From an uncultured Methanosarcinales archaeon (GTDB lineage Archaea > Nanobdellota > Nanobdellia > Woesearchaeales > ARS49), in contig CAZWVL010000002.1 of assembly GCA_964637115.1 (NCBI GenBank), positions 96,114 through 160,113 of the forward strand: a stretch of 64,000 nt of DNA, in the 5' to 3' direction. Each line of letters opens with the position of its first letter. Within the stretch, counting starts at the first letter, position 1. The position numbers were made by a program, and so were the translations under genes. Shown here in pieces: positions 21,373-31,171 of the stretch. Below the pieces are notes generated by a model that was not told where the DNA came from, did no database searches, and saw only the letters and a list, made by a program, of their open reading frames with translations.

Positions 21373-23004
21373 ATGTCAAATCGAGAAATACAACCTATAT
21401 TCATATTGCCGGAAGGCACACAGCGAACTACTGGCAGGAATGCACAACGCAACAACATAATGGCAGCAAAACTCGTTGCTGAGACTGTCAGAACAACACT
21501 AGGTCCAAAAGGAATGGACAAGATGATAGTTGACAGCATGGGCGACATTACTATCACAAATGACGGTGTAACGATTCTCGAAGAAATGCAGGTAGAACAT
21601 CCAGCAGCCAAGATGATTGTAGAAGTTGCAAAAACACAGGAAGCAGAAGTAGGAGATGGAACGACGACAGCTGTTGTAATTGCAGGCGAATTATTGAGAA
21701 GAGCAGAAGAACTACTTGACCTGAATGTACACCCGACTGTTGTCGCACGCGGCTACAGGATGGCAGAAGAAAAAGCGCAGGAAATATTGAATAAAATTGC
21801 TGAAAACGTCAAACCAGAAAATATTGATATACTCCAAAAGATAGCCGTGACTGCATTAACAGGCAAGGGAGCAGAAAGCGCAAAAGAAAAACTTTCAGTA
21901 CTTGCAGTAACTGCAGTAAAAAACGTATCAGAATACTTGAATGGAGCGTTCCATTTTGACAAAGAAAACATCAAGCTTGAAAAAAGAACCGGCGGATCTG
22001 TAGAAGACACGGAGCTCATTCAAGGCATCTTACTAGAGAAAGAAGCAGTGCACCCAGGAATGCCTAAAATTATTAAGAATCCAAAAATAGCATTACTAGA
22101 CTCTGCGCTTGAAATCAAGGACACGGAAATTGATGCCAAGATTGAAATAACAAACCCGTTGCAAATGCAGGAGTTCCTCCAGCAGGAAGAAAAAATGCTT
22201 TCTGACATGGTTGACAAGATAGTAGCATCAGGAGCGAACGCAGTCTTCTGCCAAAAAGGCATAGATGACGTGGCACAGCATTTCCTTGCGAAAAAAGGAA
22301 TCTATGCAGCAAGACGCGTCAAGAAATCAGACATGGAAGCACTTGCACGCGCAACAGGAGCACGTATAGTAACTTCATTGCGCGACTTAAGCTCAAAAGA
22401 CCTTGGAACAGCAGGCGTAATCGAAGAAAAGAAAATAGGCGCGGACGAAATGACCTGCGTAACAGGATGCAAGAATCCAAAAGCAGTCACGATATTAGTC
22501 AGAGGCGGAACGGAACACGTTGTAGATGAAGCAAAACGCGCGCTTACTGACGCCATTGGAGACGTTGCAGCAGCACTAAAGAACGGCAAAGTAGTTGCAG
22601 GAGCAGGAGCGTCAGAAATCGAAGTTGCCAAAGAACTGCGCAAATACGCAGACGGACTTGAAGGCAGAGAACAGCTTGCAGTAATGGCATTTGCAGAAGC
22701 ACTTGAAGTCATACCAAGAACACTTGCAGAAAATGCAGGAATGGACCCAATCAACATTTTAGTGGAGCTGAAAGCAGCCCACGACAAAAAGCAAATCTGG
22801 GCAGGCATAGACGTGTTCAAGGGAAAAGTTGTGGATGCGTGGAGAGCCGGCGTCATAGAGCCATTAAAGATAAAGACACAGGCATTAAGCTCAGCATCAG
22901 AAGTTGCACAAATGATTTTGCGCATCGACGATGTCATCGCTGGCGGAAAAGCACCGCCACCGCAAATGCCACCCGGCATGGGCGGACACGGAATGGAATT
23001 CTAA
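21373..23004 (+). CDS. ths: Thermosome (group II chaperonin) subunit
   Basis: [30 protein letters not shown]; GGM-like tail. Confidence 0.98.
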   Translation: MSNREIQPIFILPEGTQRTTGRNAQRNNIMAAKLVAETVRTTLGPKGMDKMIVDSMGDITITNDGVTILEEMQVEHPAAKMIVEVAKTQEAEVGDGTTTAVVIAGELLRRAEELLDLNVHPTVVARGYRMAEEKAQEILNKIAENVKPENIDILQKIAVTALTGKGAESAKEKLSVLAVTAVKNVSEYLNGAFHFDKENIKLEKRTGGSVEDTELIQGILLEKEAVHPGMPKIIKNPKIALLDSALEIKDTEIDAKIEITNPLQMQEFLQQEEKMLSDMVDKIVASGANAVFCQKGIDDVAQHFLAKKGIYAARRVKKSDMEALARATGARIVTSLRDLSSKDLGTAGVIEEKKIGADEMTCVTGCKNPKAVTILVRGGTEHVVDEAKRALTDAIGDVAAALKNGKVVAGAGASEIEVAKELRKYADGLEGREQLAVMAFAEALEVIPRTLAENAGMDPINILVELKAAHDKKQIWAGIDVFKGKVVDAWRAGVIEPLKIKTQALSSASEVAQMILRIDDVIAGGKAPPPQMPPGMGGHGMEF

Positions 23005-23792
23005 CGTTTCAGCTCGTCATACTGGTATGAAACAACAGAAGTGAACTGCTTAATAGGCATCGGCTTCTTGAAAAAATTCCAATTCTGCCCGTGCTCTGTT
23101 TTAGTCACGTAAGACTTAATCGGAGGATGAGTCTTCTTCTGAGGAAACATTCCAGCCAAAAATCTGAAAATATCCATTTCTTCACTAGCACATCCTGCAA
23201 CAACATATGGAGGATCTTCATCTGAAACGCCAAGCTTGCGCAGCATCAAATACGCCCGCTTTCTGCCAGCAGATAAACACATTTCAACACTCCTGTCGAA
23301 ATAACTATCCGTCCAGAAAGAAAACGCGTGCAACTGATAAGGACGCCACAAAGGCACATTCTGGATGAGAACACCATTTGTTTCACGAGAAGGGCCTTGC
23401 TTTTTCTTATACACTCTGGCCATTTCGAAAGTAAACGTCTTGGTGCTGATACGATCAACGTCTGGAAGCTTCCGCTCAGAAGCACTTCCCGCCTCGACAG
23501 GCAGGTAACGATTATCAAACAAATTCAACACTCTTTCAGGCAAATTGCCGCTTCCCTTGACATCAGCTCCAACCAGATTATACGGCACGTTTTCGGAGGA
23601 ATCATCATGCGGAAACTTTTCAAGCTCAAGCCAAGAATTTCCAAGCGCCAGCCACAAAATATCATCGCGGTACGTCTGCAAACTGTCAAAGAAAGGATCA
23701 GCCTGCTCAGGCCTAAACAACGTCGCCTCTATATTCAACCTCGCCTCTGTATTCAGCCTCATTTTTGTCTTCACTTGCGCAGACGAAACCAA
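23001..23792 (-). CDS. Hypothetical protein
   Basis: 263-aa ORF convergent on ths; no motif recognised. Confidence 0.6.
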   Translation of the reverse strand: MVSSAQVKTKMRLNTEARLNIEATLFRPEQADPFFDSLQTYRDDILWLALGNSWLELEKFPHDDSSENVPYNLVGADVKGSGNLPERVLNLFDNRYLPVEAGSASERKLPDVDRISTKTFTFEMARVYKKKQGPSRETNGVLIQNVPLWRPYQLHAFSFWTDSYFDRSVEMCLSAGRKRAYLMLRKLGVSDEDPPYVVAGCASEEMDIFRFLAGMFPQKKTHPPIKSYVTKTEHGQNWNFFKKPMPIKQFTSVVSYQYDELKR

Positions 23793-23854
23793 CCGCTCCT
23801 TTAAAAGCGTTTTGATTCACAGCCTTTTTATAGTCGACAGGCAGTTTTGAGAAA

Positions 23855-24385
23855 ATGCGCTCGGTTATCAAAGGAAAAAGAGTGACATTGCGGAAGCCGC
23901 GGATGAAAGATGCTGATAAGATAACTGAATACTGTCAAGATAAAACACTGTACAAGTATACGCTACGGCTTCCCTGGCCTTACAAGCGGAAACACGCAAT
24001 TTCGTACCTTAAAGATTGCGCAAAAAAATGGAAAACAAAGAAAGGATATGCTTATATTATTGAATTCGAAGGCCAGCCAATCGGCATGGTAGACTTGCGA
24101 CCTGAAGAAGGAGACAAAGCATCATTCGGCTACTGGATAGCACATCCGTACTGGGGTAAAGGATTCGCGACAGAAGCGACAAAATTAGTCATGAAAGAAG
24201 GATTCAAAACACTCAAACTTCACAGAATATATTCAATGCATAATCCAAAAAATCCAGCCAGCGGGCGCGTGATGGAAAAACTCGGAATGAAATATGAAGG
24301 ATTGCTTCGAGAGCACGACAAGAAAGGCAAAAAGTATATTGATTCGGTCTATCGTGGAATTCTAAGGCGGGAGTTTAAGGGGTAG
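23855..24385 (+). CDS. RimJ/RimL-family GNAT acetyltransferase
   Basis: GYWIAHPYWGKGFATEA, NPASGRVMEKLGM. Confidence 0.92.
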   Translation: MRSVIKGKRVTLRKPRMKDADKITEYCQDKTLYKYTLRLPWPYKRKHAISYLKDCAKKWKTKKGYAYIIEFEGQPIGMVDLRPEEGDKASFGYWIAHPYWGKGFATEATKLVMKEGFKTLKLHRIYSMHNPKNPASGRVMEKLGMKYEGLLREHDKKGKKYIDSVYRGILRREFKG

Positions 24386-24443
24386 AAATCTTTATATACC
24401 AACTTGCCTCTTTTTCCAACATATAGATAAAAAAGGTGATTAT

Positions 24444-24971
24444 ATGGCAGACGATGAAACTCCTTCAGAAGACGAATACGAACTTCTTCCGCACAAAGAA
24501 ATAGAAGACTTGAAAGAAGAACTCTCAAAGCTAAAGGAATTTGAGATAGCACCAAGCAAGAAAATGCAAGTTAGTTTGCTTGAGCTCAACACCAAACTTG
24601 ACAAATTGCTTACCATCTTTGAAGATGCAACGCACGAAATGAGAATAGAAGAAGGCGGATTAAGCTTTACAGAAAAAATGAAGCCACTTCTTGAAAAAAT
24701 GAACAAGATTCTGGAACAGAATTCGGAAATTGCAAGCGGCATATTGGCACTTGCAGATATGGTGAAAGAAGTAAAAGAAACAAAAGAAGCGCCAAGAATG
24801 GAAGCGCCGCCATCTTTTGCGCCAGAAGCACCAATGCCGCCAATGCCACCAATGGGAATGGAAGCACCAAGGCCACCAATGATGGCGCCGCCGCGCGGAC
24901 CAATGCCGCCAGGAGTTCCGCCAGGAATTCCGCTGCCTCCAATGCCAAGACGGAGAACATTCGGGCTATGA
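24444..24971 (+). CDS. Coiled-coil protein with Pro/Met-rich tail
   Basis: GGTGA RBS; C-terminal PPMPPMG...PPGVPPG low-complexity region. Confidence 0.7.
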   Translation: MADDETPSEDEYELLPHKEIEDLKEELSKLKEFEIAPSKKMQVSLLELNTKLDKLLTIFEDATHEMRIEEGGLSFTEKMKPLLEKMNKILEQNSEIASGILALADMVKEVKETKEAPRMEAPPSFAPEAPMPPMPPMGMEAPRPPMMAPPRGPMPPGVPPGIPLPPMPRRRTFGL

Positions 24972-25507
24972 GCCTGCCGTTAGACACCGGCGACCAATTA
25001 ATTGACCGGACAAAAAGCGCGATGTACCTTTACTATTTAGCACGCGCGATGCACAGAGTAGATGGAAGAGAGCTGGCACGCAAAAAAGTGGAGCTTTCAA
25101 TAAAGCAACTGAAGAAAATAAGCACGAAAGATTTGCATTCTCACATCGAAGAACTTGAAGGACACATAACAGAAGCAATACACAGAGAAAAGCAGATACA
25201 AGGACACCAGAAAGGAGAAGAATCAGTCCACGGAGAGCTTACGCACAAGATTGTAAAGCTCGAAAAAAAATTAGGACGTTATCTTGAAACACAAGAAGAG
25301 CGCAAGACCAGAATACAAGAGCTTGAAAACAAGATTAAGAGCAAATTTGAGTCAAAAAAAGAAAGAATTGAGATTTTTAAGAAGGATCTGCAAAAGCTGC
25401 TGAAACTTTACCACGGAGCAAAAAGAGCAAAAGCGTCAAAAGAACAATTATTATCCATTGCACGACGAATGGAGCAAGTGAAGTGCAGGATTGCGGTTCT
25501 AAAGTAA
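24968..25507 (+). CDS. Coiled-coil hypothetical protein
   Basis: K/E-rich, 4-nt overlap with the upstream gene. Confidence 0.65.
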   Translation: MSLPLDTGDQLIDRTKSAMYLYYLARAMHRVDGRELARKKVELSIKQLKKISTKDLHSHIEELEGHITEAIHREKQIQGHQKGEESVHGELTHKIVKLEKKLGRYLETQEERKTRIQELENKIKSKFESKKERIEIFKKDLQKLLKLYHGAKRAKASKEQLLSIARRMEQVKCRIAVLK

Positions 25508-25582
25508 TCCCTCATTAGTAGTTACATTAGAAACCTTTATAAATGCAGTGTTCTTAGTCCTATTAGGGGAATTTTAATAAAC

Positions 25583-26371
25583 ATGAAAGATATGCTTGTT
25601 GATATGGGGGAGTTTATTTGGAGTCCTAGTAATGGCATTGACGTATCAAGCCACGGCAGGCCACCCTACAAACTTTTCAGCCCTTTTTCTCATAATCCAG
25701 AATACCAAATACCAGTTCCTGGAAGCGAATACCTCCGAGCAGATTCCGTAGAAGGCATATGGCAGGGACTGAAAATTCTCAATGGCACAACTGATACTTC
25801 TCTTTTCACAGGCAGGCCGCAAAAGAGAAAAGGAACACCAGACGGGCATATTTATGGAAAAGAAGTTCTAAACTGCGTTGATGCCAGAAAAAATATTTAC
25901 GTTCCGGCATATATTTATCACGCAATCAATAACGCCCTGCCAAAAGCTTGGCCAAGTCTTGAGCGCATGCTAAAAGACGGCTGTGTTGTTCTGCACGATA
26001 TCGAAAAAAACGGGTCAATAGAAAATTCCACACGCTCACTTGCACATTCCGCCATTCTTGTTGAACTTCTAAATGTGATTAAAGGCGCGCCAATTCCGAA
26101 AACAGATGCCGGCCATCCAAATCCAACAGCTTTCCGATATCTTCACGAACAAGTTGATGCATTGGCGGATTACAGGAAAAACCTTCCAGCAGACAAAAAA
26201 CGTTTGTTGGACGAAGTAGTCACGTTTGCCTATCTATTCTCACCAAGCGAGCACAAACAGACATTTGCACTTCGTATGATAAAAGCAGCAGATATACATA
26301 CAGAGCGACTTGAAAGATACAAGCCAACAGAACGGACTAAAACACCTTATCAAGATTGCTTACGGCGCTGA
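25583..26371 (+). CDS. DUF6939-like / NADAR-like protein
   Basis: LFSPF..IPVPG..SVEGIWQGLK..ARKNIYVPAY..LAHSAIL motif series. Confidence 0.65.
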   Translation: MKDMLVDMGEFIWSPSNGIDVSSHGRPPYKLFSPFSHNPEYQIPVPGSEYLRADSVEGIWQGLKILNGTTDTSLFTGRPQKRKGTPDGHIYGKEVLNCVDARKNIYVPAYIYHAINNALPKAWPSLERMLKDGCVVLHDIEKNGSIENSTRSLAHSAILVELLNVIKGAPIPKTDAGHPNPTAFRYLHEQVDALADYRKNLPADKKRLLDEVVTFAYLFSPSEHKQTFALRMIKAADIHTERLERYKPTERTKTPYQDCLRR

Positions 26372-26829
26372 ATGCTCAATTCAAGAATATCATTTTCTGA
26401 TAGAATACTTTCAACAGCAAAATGCACAACGCTGCGGGAAGCCTTAAGCCAGACCCGATCAACAGGAACTGCCAATTCAAGCCAAACTTCTGTATCAGCA
26501 GATTTTGAACCAAGCTCCTTGCAAATGGCAGCTTCAGGCCAGTCCTGCATGACTCCTCTGGGCGCCAAATAGACAAACGGATCTTCAAGCGAAGGTTCAA
26601 TACGTCGCATGGAACGAATCTGTGTCGCGTTTTCCCAAGCAGTATAATGAATGCACTTGATGTATACATTAGAATCGGTTACCTTCAAGCCCTGAATCAC
26701 TTTGCCGTCAACATATACAAAATTATCCTTGAATTCAAATATAACTTTTTTTGCAGGAAAAATCTTTTTCTCAATAACCTCCTTTAAACGATAATATCCG
26801 CCATAAGATGCGCTCGGTACTTCTGTCAT
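26350..26829 (-). CDS. Putative ADP-ribosyltransferase (H-Y clade, HYD1-like)
   Basis: IHYT....A.QIRS.R.IEPS...FVYLAP...ELG pattern. Confidence 0.55.
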   Translation of the reverse strand: MTEVPSASYGGYYRLKEVIEKKIFPAKKVIFEFKDNFVYVDGKVIQGLKVTDSNVYIKCIHYTAWENATQIRSMRRIEPSLEDPFVYLAPRGVMQDWPEAAICKELGSKSADTEVWLELAVPVDRVWLKASRSVVHFAVESILSENDILELSIQRRKQS

Positions 26830-27086
26830 TTGTAGTTTAGCCAGATTTTCTTAACAAACGGAATCGTAAGCGTAGAAATAAGAAAGGCCACTGCAGGAAC
26901 AACAGAATTAACAAAAGGTTTTGGAAGACCAGCAAAATAAAAGAAAACAACCACGACAAAATAAGTCAAAACTGCAATCAATACTTTCCGCGTCCAGCTT
27001 GTTTCCCACGCCTTATCTGCCTCAACGCGCCTGTTCCTTTCTTTAATTTGTTTAATTTCTTTTTCCAACTGCTTAACAGATATCAT
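26826..27086 (-). CDS. Small 2-TM membrane protein
   Basis: ERNRRVEADKAWETSWTRK followed by two hydrophobic helices. Confidence 0.75.
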   Translation of the reverse strand: MISVKQLEKEIKQIKERNRRVEADKAWETSWTRKVLIAVLTYFVVVVFFYFAGLPKPFVNSVVPAVAFLISTLTIPFVKKIWLNYK

Positions 27087-28786
27087 TTGTGCGCGAACCA
27101 GAAAGTGATCTTATTCTTCTGTTTGCTGTCTAATCTACAAAAGCCGAATCTTTCAAACTGCACCATTGTGCCGACAGCAAGGTCCTTTAAGCCAGCTTCA
27201 CCAATTCCCTTTTTCAGCTTCTTGTCGGGCATTAACACTTCAACATCAATAATCTCGCCGCCGACAGGCAGCCAATGAATTGTAGCTTCGCCATTTTTGT
27301 GGAAAATGTCATAGCCGGTGCTGTCAAACAGACAATCCTTGCCTTCTTTCTTGAAGTTCAAACAATCCTTCAAGCGATACAGCTTCGTGGCTTTTACAGA
27401 AGCAGAATCATCTTTGGTAATGTAAAAGTCTGACTTTGTCTGGAATGTTCGTTTGCCACGGTTTTCGTCGTCAGGATGCAAAGGAATCTGCACAGTCTGC
27501 TCAGGCGCATTTTTTACAGTTATTTTCACAGGGTCCCAGACAAAGAAATACCTGTTTGCAATCGGGTCAATAATCGCGCGATTGTGAGCTTCCAAACTCT
27601 TGAAAAAGTCATCTTTGGGAACAACTTTATCATTCAGGCCAACACCCATATCCATTGCGAATGCCTGGAATGCGCCCGACTGGAAGCCTCTTCTTCTCAT
27701 CGCCGCCAAGAACGGCAGCCTGATGTCATCCCAGTCATCATACTCACCGCGCTCAATCGCGGCTTTTGTCTTTCTTTTACTGACTTCAATACCTTCAAAA
27801 TTAATCCTGCCAATGTATGAATGGAACGGCTCTTTCCACCCGAAGAAGTCATAGATGTGCTTCTGGCGCTTTGCATTATCAAAATGGTCTTTTCCCCTGA
27901 TGGAATGAGTGACCCCGAGATCATGGTCATCAACGGCAACTGCAAAATTCATCAACGGCCAGACCTTATACTTGTCCTTTGTTCTAGGATGCACATTATG
28001 GTTAATTCTCAAAGCAGGCCAGTCGCGCATGGCAGGATTCGGGTCATTAATATCAGTCTTGATCCTCACAACAGCAGCGCCGGGCTCGTACTCAACAAAC
28101 ATCTTGTCCCAGCGCGCCAACTGCTCTTTGATTGACAAGTCCCGGCACGGACACGCCTGTTTTTTCAGTGACAAATTTCTGAACATATCAGATGAACAAG
28201 TGCATATGTACGCTTTTCCTTTGCTGATGAGCTTTTCAGCATAATCGTAATACGCTTCCAACCGGTCGCTTTGGAACAGTATTTTGGCAATTCTGTTATC
28301 GGTCAGCCAGTTTAAATCTTCCTCGTCCATCTTGTAGGCGGGGACGTAAATTTCCTCTGGATTTGTGTCTTCAATGCGCAAAATTAACCTGCCATCATAT
28401 TCCTTGCAGTACAAATGGCTCAATGAGAACACAATTGCATGGCCAATGTGCATTGGGCCACTTGGGCTGGGAGCAAGACGCATGACGACTTTGCCTTTTT
28501 CCATACCTTGCAATGGCTTCAGCTTCTTTTCTTCAACAATATGTTTTTCAACCAACAGTTCAGGCGCAATTTTCTGCAATTCTGCAATCTGGTCATTAAC
28601 AGTCATCAAGCGAACTTCATCGCAAATCTTTTTTATTTCAGGCGAGAGTTTTTTCAATTCTGCCTTCAATTCAGGACGCTCTCCAAGAATTCTGCCTATA
28701 ACAGAGCCCATATTTGGAACGCCATTGTATCTTCTGGCGTTGTCCAAAGCATACTTGCGAACACTCTTTTTCAGCTCTTCGTCCAT
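27083..28786 (-). CDS. gltX: Glutamate--tRNA ligase (archaeal type)
   Basis: APSPSGPMHIGH, RIEDTNP, VSKRK, QFERFGFCRLD. Confidence 0.97.
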   Translation of the reverse strand: MDEELKKSVRKYALDNARRYNGVPNMGSVIGRILGERPELKAELKKLSPEIKKICDEVRLMTVNDQIAELQKIAPELLVEKHIVEEKKLKPLQGMEKGKVVMRLAPSPSGPMHIGHAIVFSLSHLYCKEYDGRLILRIEDTNPEEIYVPAYKMDEEDLNWLTDNRIAKILFQSDRLEAYYDYAEKLISKGKAYICTCSSDMFRNLSLKKQACPCRDLSIKEQLARWDKMFVEYEPGAAVVRIKTDINDPNPAMRDWPALRINHNVHPRTKDKYKVWPLMNFAVAVDDHDLGVTHSIRGKDHFDNAKRQKHIYDFFGWKEPFHSYIGRINFEGIEVSKRKTKAAIERGEYDDWDDIRLPFLAAMRRRGFQSGAFQAFAMDMGVGLNDKVVPKDDFFKSLEAHNRAIIDPIANRYFFVWDPVKITVKNAPEQTVQIPLHPDDENRGKRTFQTKSDFYITKDDSASVKATKLYRLKDCLNFKKEGKDCLFDSTGYDIFHKNGEATIHWLPVGGEIIDVEVLMPDKKLKKGIGEAGLKDLAVGTMVQFERFGFCRLDSKQKNKITFWFAHK

Positions 28787-28822
28787 ATATTAAGAGGAAA
28801 AGAGTCAGTATTTAAAGATTGT

Positions 28823-29527
28823 TTAGAACGGCTCGACTTTTCGCTTTGCACTCTTAAGGTAAGCACCCGTTTTTTGCATCTTAACTGCAAATGCATCAGC
28901 AGCTCTTTCTTCTTTTTCAACTGAAGCTGATGAAAACCAGGCAATGGGAGAAAACACGCGCACAAAACCAACACTGAACTTTCCCCAGGATGCACGTGAT
29001 TTCACATGATGCAATTCGTGCAAGAGAACAGCGTCCAATTCCTTCTTTGAAAGCAGTTCAAACATGCCGACGGATATGAAAATCTTCTTTCCAAGCGTGA
29101 AAGCGACCGGCTTTGCTTTGTCAACCAAAAATAATTCTGCCTTAATCCCTGCTATCCTGCACAATTCTTTGAATTGTTTAAAGGACAGCGGTTTAGAAAT
29201 TTTTCTGTATATGCGAGGGATGATGGCATATCCTGCAACAAATGACAATGCCATCACGACAGGCAGGAAGTAAATGACAAATTTAGTCAGCAGCGTCGTG
29301 CACCATTCAAGCAATCCCTGTGCAAAACTCATACTGCAATTAATTGACAGAGCAAAATAAAACAATGGTGACACCAAGAAAAACAAGTGCGCATACAGCA
29401 GTGCAGGCCTGTCATATTTTTTCCAGGCAAAAAACGCAACACTGGCAAACAGCAAGGAAGCCACCACTAATAGCATCTTTGCAGGGTCGGTTGCAAACAA
29501 CACCGCACTATCAATAATTCCATTCAC
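28823..29527 (-). CDS. BlaR1-like M48/M56 membrane zinc peptidase
   Basis: Three N-terminal TMs, PVAFTLG, AVLLHELHH, EERAADAFA. Confidence 0.88.
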   Translation of the reverse strand: MNGIIDSAVLFATDPAKMLLVVASLLFASVAFFAWKKYDRPALLYAHLFFLVSPLFYFALSINCSMSFAQGLLEWCTTLLTKFVIYFLPVVMALSFVAGYAIIPRIYRKISKPLSFKQFKELCRIAGIKAELFLVDKAKPVAFTLGKKIFISVGMFELLSKKELDAVLLHELHHVKSRASWGKFSVGFVRVFSPIAWFSSASVEKEERAADAFAVKMQKTGAYLKSAKRKVEPF

Positions 29528-29889
29528 CTTTTTCTAAACCTCTCGTTAAAGTATGAAACAGCCGTCGGGCCAAAAGTTTCAATAAGCTGGTTGACTGTTT
29601 TTTCAACAACAGATTTCTCAAATGAATTCTTGTCCTGCGTTGGGTAATAAATATATCGCACGCCGCCTCTTGCCGTTTCAATCTTTCTGGCTACAATGCC
29701 CTTGTCGTGCAAACGGTCGCAAATAACAGCAACAGAACTTAGTGCGACTTTTGATTTAAGCTTTTCGTGAATCTCCCTGACGCGCATTTTCTTGTCCGGC
29801 CAGAGCACTTTCAATACGTCACCTTCCAGCGGGCTCATTAAAGAATCAAAATCAGCAACTTTTTCTTTCATGTTTGCTATAAAGTCCAC
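29524..29889 (-). CDS. BlaI/MecI/CopY-family transcriptional repressor
   Basis: SPLEGDVLKVLW...VREIHE...SSVAVICDRLHDKGIV wHTH; 4-nt overlap with the peptidase gene. Confidence 0.88.
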   Translation of the reverse strand: MDFIANMKEKVADFDSLMSPLEGDVLKVLWPDKKMRVREIHEKLKSKVALSSVAVICDRLHDKGIVARKIETARGGVRYIYYPTQDKNSFEKSVVEKTVNQLIETFGPTAVSYFNERFRKR

Positions 29890-29903
29890 AATCTTTAAAT
29901 ACT

Positions 29904-29918
29904 TTACGCTTGGTGTAA
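29904..29918. promoter_or_regulatory. Candidate BlaI-like operator, site 1 (TTACG-N5-TGTAA)
   Basis: Inverted repeat between the TATA-like TTTAAATA (29894-29901) and ATG 29927. Confidence 0.5.
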
Positions 29919-29926
29919 CGGTTTAG

Positions 29927-30733
29927 ATGAAACGTACACTTTTATTTATCACGCTCTTGTCATTGCTTGGCTGCGCCACGCCGCCATTGGAAATGTCATC
30001 TATGCCGATGGAGCACGACATGAACATGGATGCGAAGATGATAGTCCATGGAGAGATGAACAATTCATTGGAGGTCATGGACTTTAACATAGCATTCGAG
30101 CGACCACCAGCTGAAACAGGAAAAACAGCGCCTCTAAAATTCAATCTTTCACGGCAAGGCGAGCCACTGACGGAATTGCAAATAATGCATGACAAACCAA
30201 TGCACGTCATCCTTGTCAGAAAAGATTTGAAGCATTTTGATCATGTCCATCCAGAGCAGCCTGAGCCAGGAATCTTTGTCGTGCCATACATTTTTGCTGC
30301 ATCGGGAGAATACCGTATTTGGACGGATTTTATGTATGGCAACATGCAGCACATCATTGATTTTGATATTAACGTGACCGGAGAACCAGAAGCAAAAGAA
30401 CCGGACAAACTCAATGGTTTACATGTTGCAATCAATCAGCCTGAACAGATAACTGAAGGAAAAGCAGCACCGTTCACTTTTACTATTACAGATGAAACTG
30501 GAAAGGCAGTACCCATTACTGAAAAATTCCTTGCTGCCGCAGGGCATTTAATACTCATAGATGAAACTTTGAACGAATTTTCACATGCTCACGATGAGAA
30601 AATGGACAACGACAATGTCCTGTCCTTCGAATACACTCCTGAAAATCCAGGAAAACACAAAGCATGGGTTCAGTTCTCGGTCGATGGGCAAAACAGAACT
30701 GCGGCGTTTGAATTTGCTGTTCGCAAAGCTTAA
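29927..30733 (+). CDS. His/Met-rich metal-binding lipoprotein with two Ig-like domains
   Basis: LLGC lipobox; MSSMPMEHDMNMD; HVILVRKDLKHFDHVHP and HLILIDETLNEFSHAH. Confidence 0.8.
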   Translation: MKRTLLFITLLSLLGCATPPLEMSSMPMEHDMNMDAKMIVHGEMNNSLEVMDFNIAFERPPAETGKTAPLKFNLSRQGEPLTELQIMHDKPMHVILVRKDLKHFDHVHPEQPEPGIFVVPYIFAASGEYRIWTDFMYGNMQHIIDFDINVTGEPEAKEPDKLNGLHVAINQPEQITEGKAAPFTFTITDETGKAVPITEKFLAAAGHLILIDETLNEFSHAHDEKMDNDNVLSFEYTPENPGKHKAWVQFSVDGQNRTAAFEFAVRKA

Positions 30734-30744
30734 ATATAGAAGCG

Positions 30745-30759
30745 TTACATTAATTGTAA
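30745..30759. promoter_or_regulatory. Candidate BlaI-like operator, site 2 (TTACA-N5-TGTAA)
   Basis: Perfect inverted repeat between TTAAATAT (30730-30737) and ATG 30764. Confidence 0.55.
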
Positions 30760-30763
30760 GACT

Positions 30764-31171
30764 ATGACACTCAAAGAAAAACTGGTGGGAAGCGCCGGAG
30801 CGGTATCAGGAGTAACGAGCGCACTGGGCGGATATCAGGTCTGCCACAATCTGTGCATGTCGGTTATTGCACTGCTTGGAATATTAGGCATAACAGTTGC
30901 AGGAATGCCACTAATGTTTCTTACAAAAATAGCAATACCATTCTGGATTGCGGCTGTTGCTATGCTTGGCGTCCTCGTCTTCATGCGCATTAGAATGAAA
31001 TGCGTATCAGGAAAATTACTCGTGTTTAATTCTGGTCTCATTATCGCCGGAATACCGTTTGCACCGTTCAAAAATTACCCAGCCGCACTCTGGAGCGTTG
31101 GCGGACTGCTAATAGTTATTACAGTTGTATCATACATTAAAGGGAAATTCAATGGCAAAAAGAAAAAATAA
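30764..31171 (+). CDS. 4-TM membrane protein with CHxxC motif
   Basis: QVCHNLCMS in the first hydrophobic segment; reminiscent of MerC-like transporters (family not confirmed). Confidence 0.7.
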   Translation: MTLKEKLVGSAGAVSGVTSALGGYQVCHNLCMSVIALLGILGITVAGMPLMFLTKIAIPFWIAAVAMLGVLVFMRIRMKCVSGKLLVFNSGLIIAGIPFAPFKNYPAALWSVGGLLIVITVVSYIKGKFNGKKKK

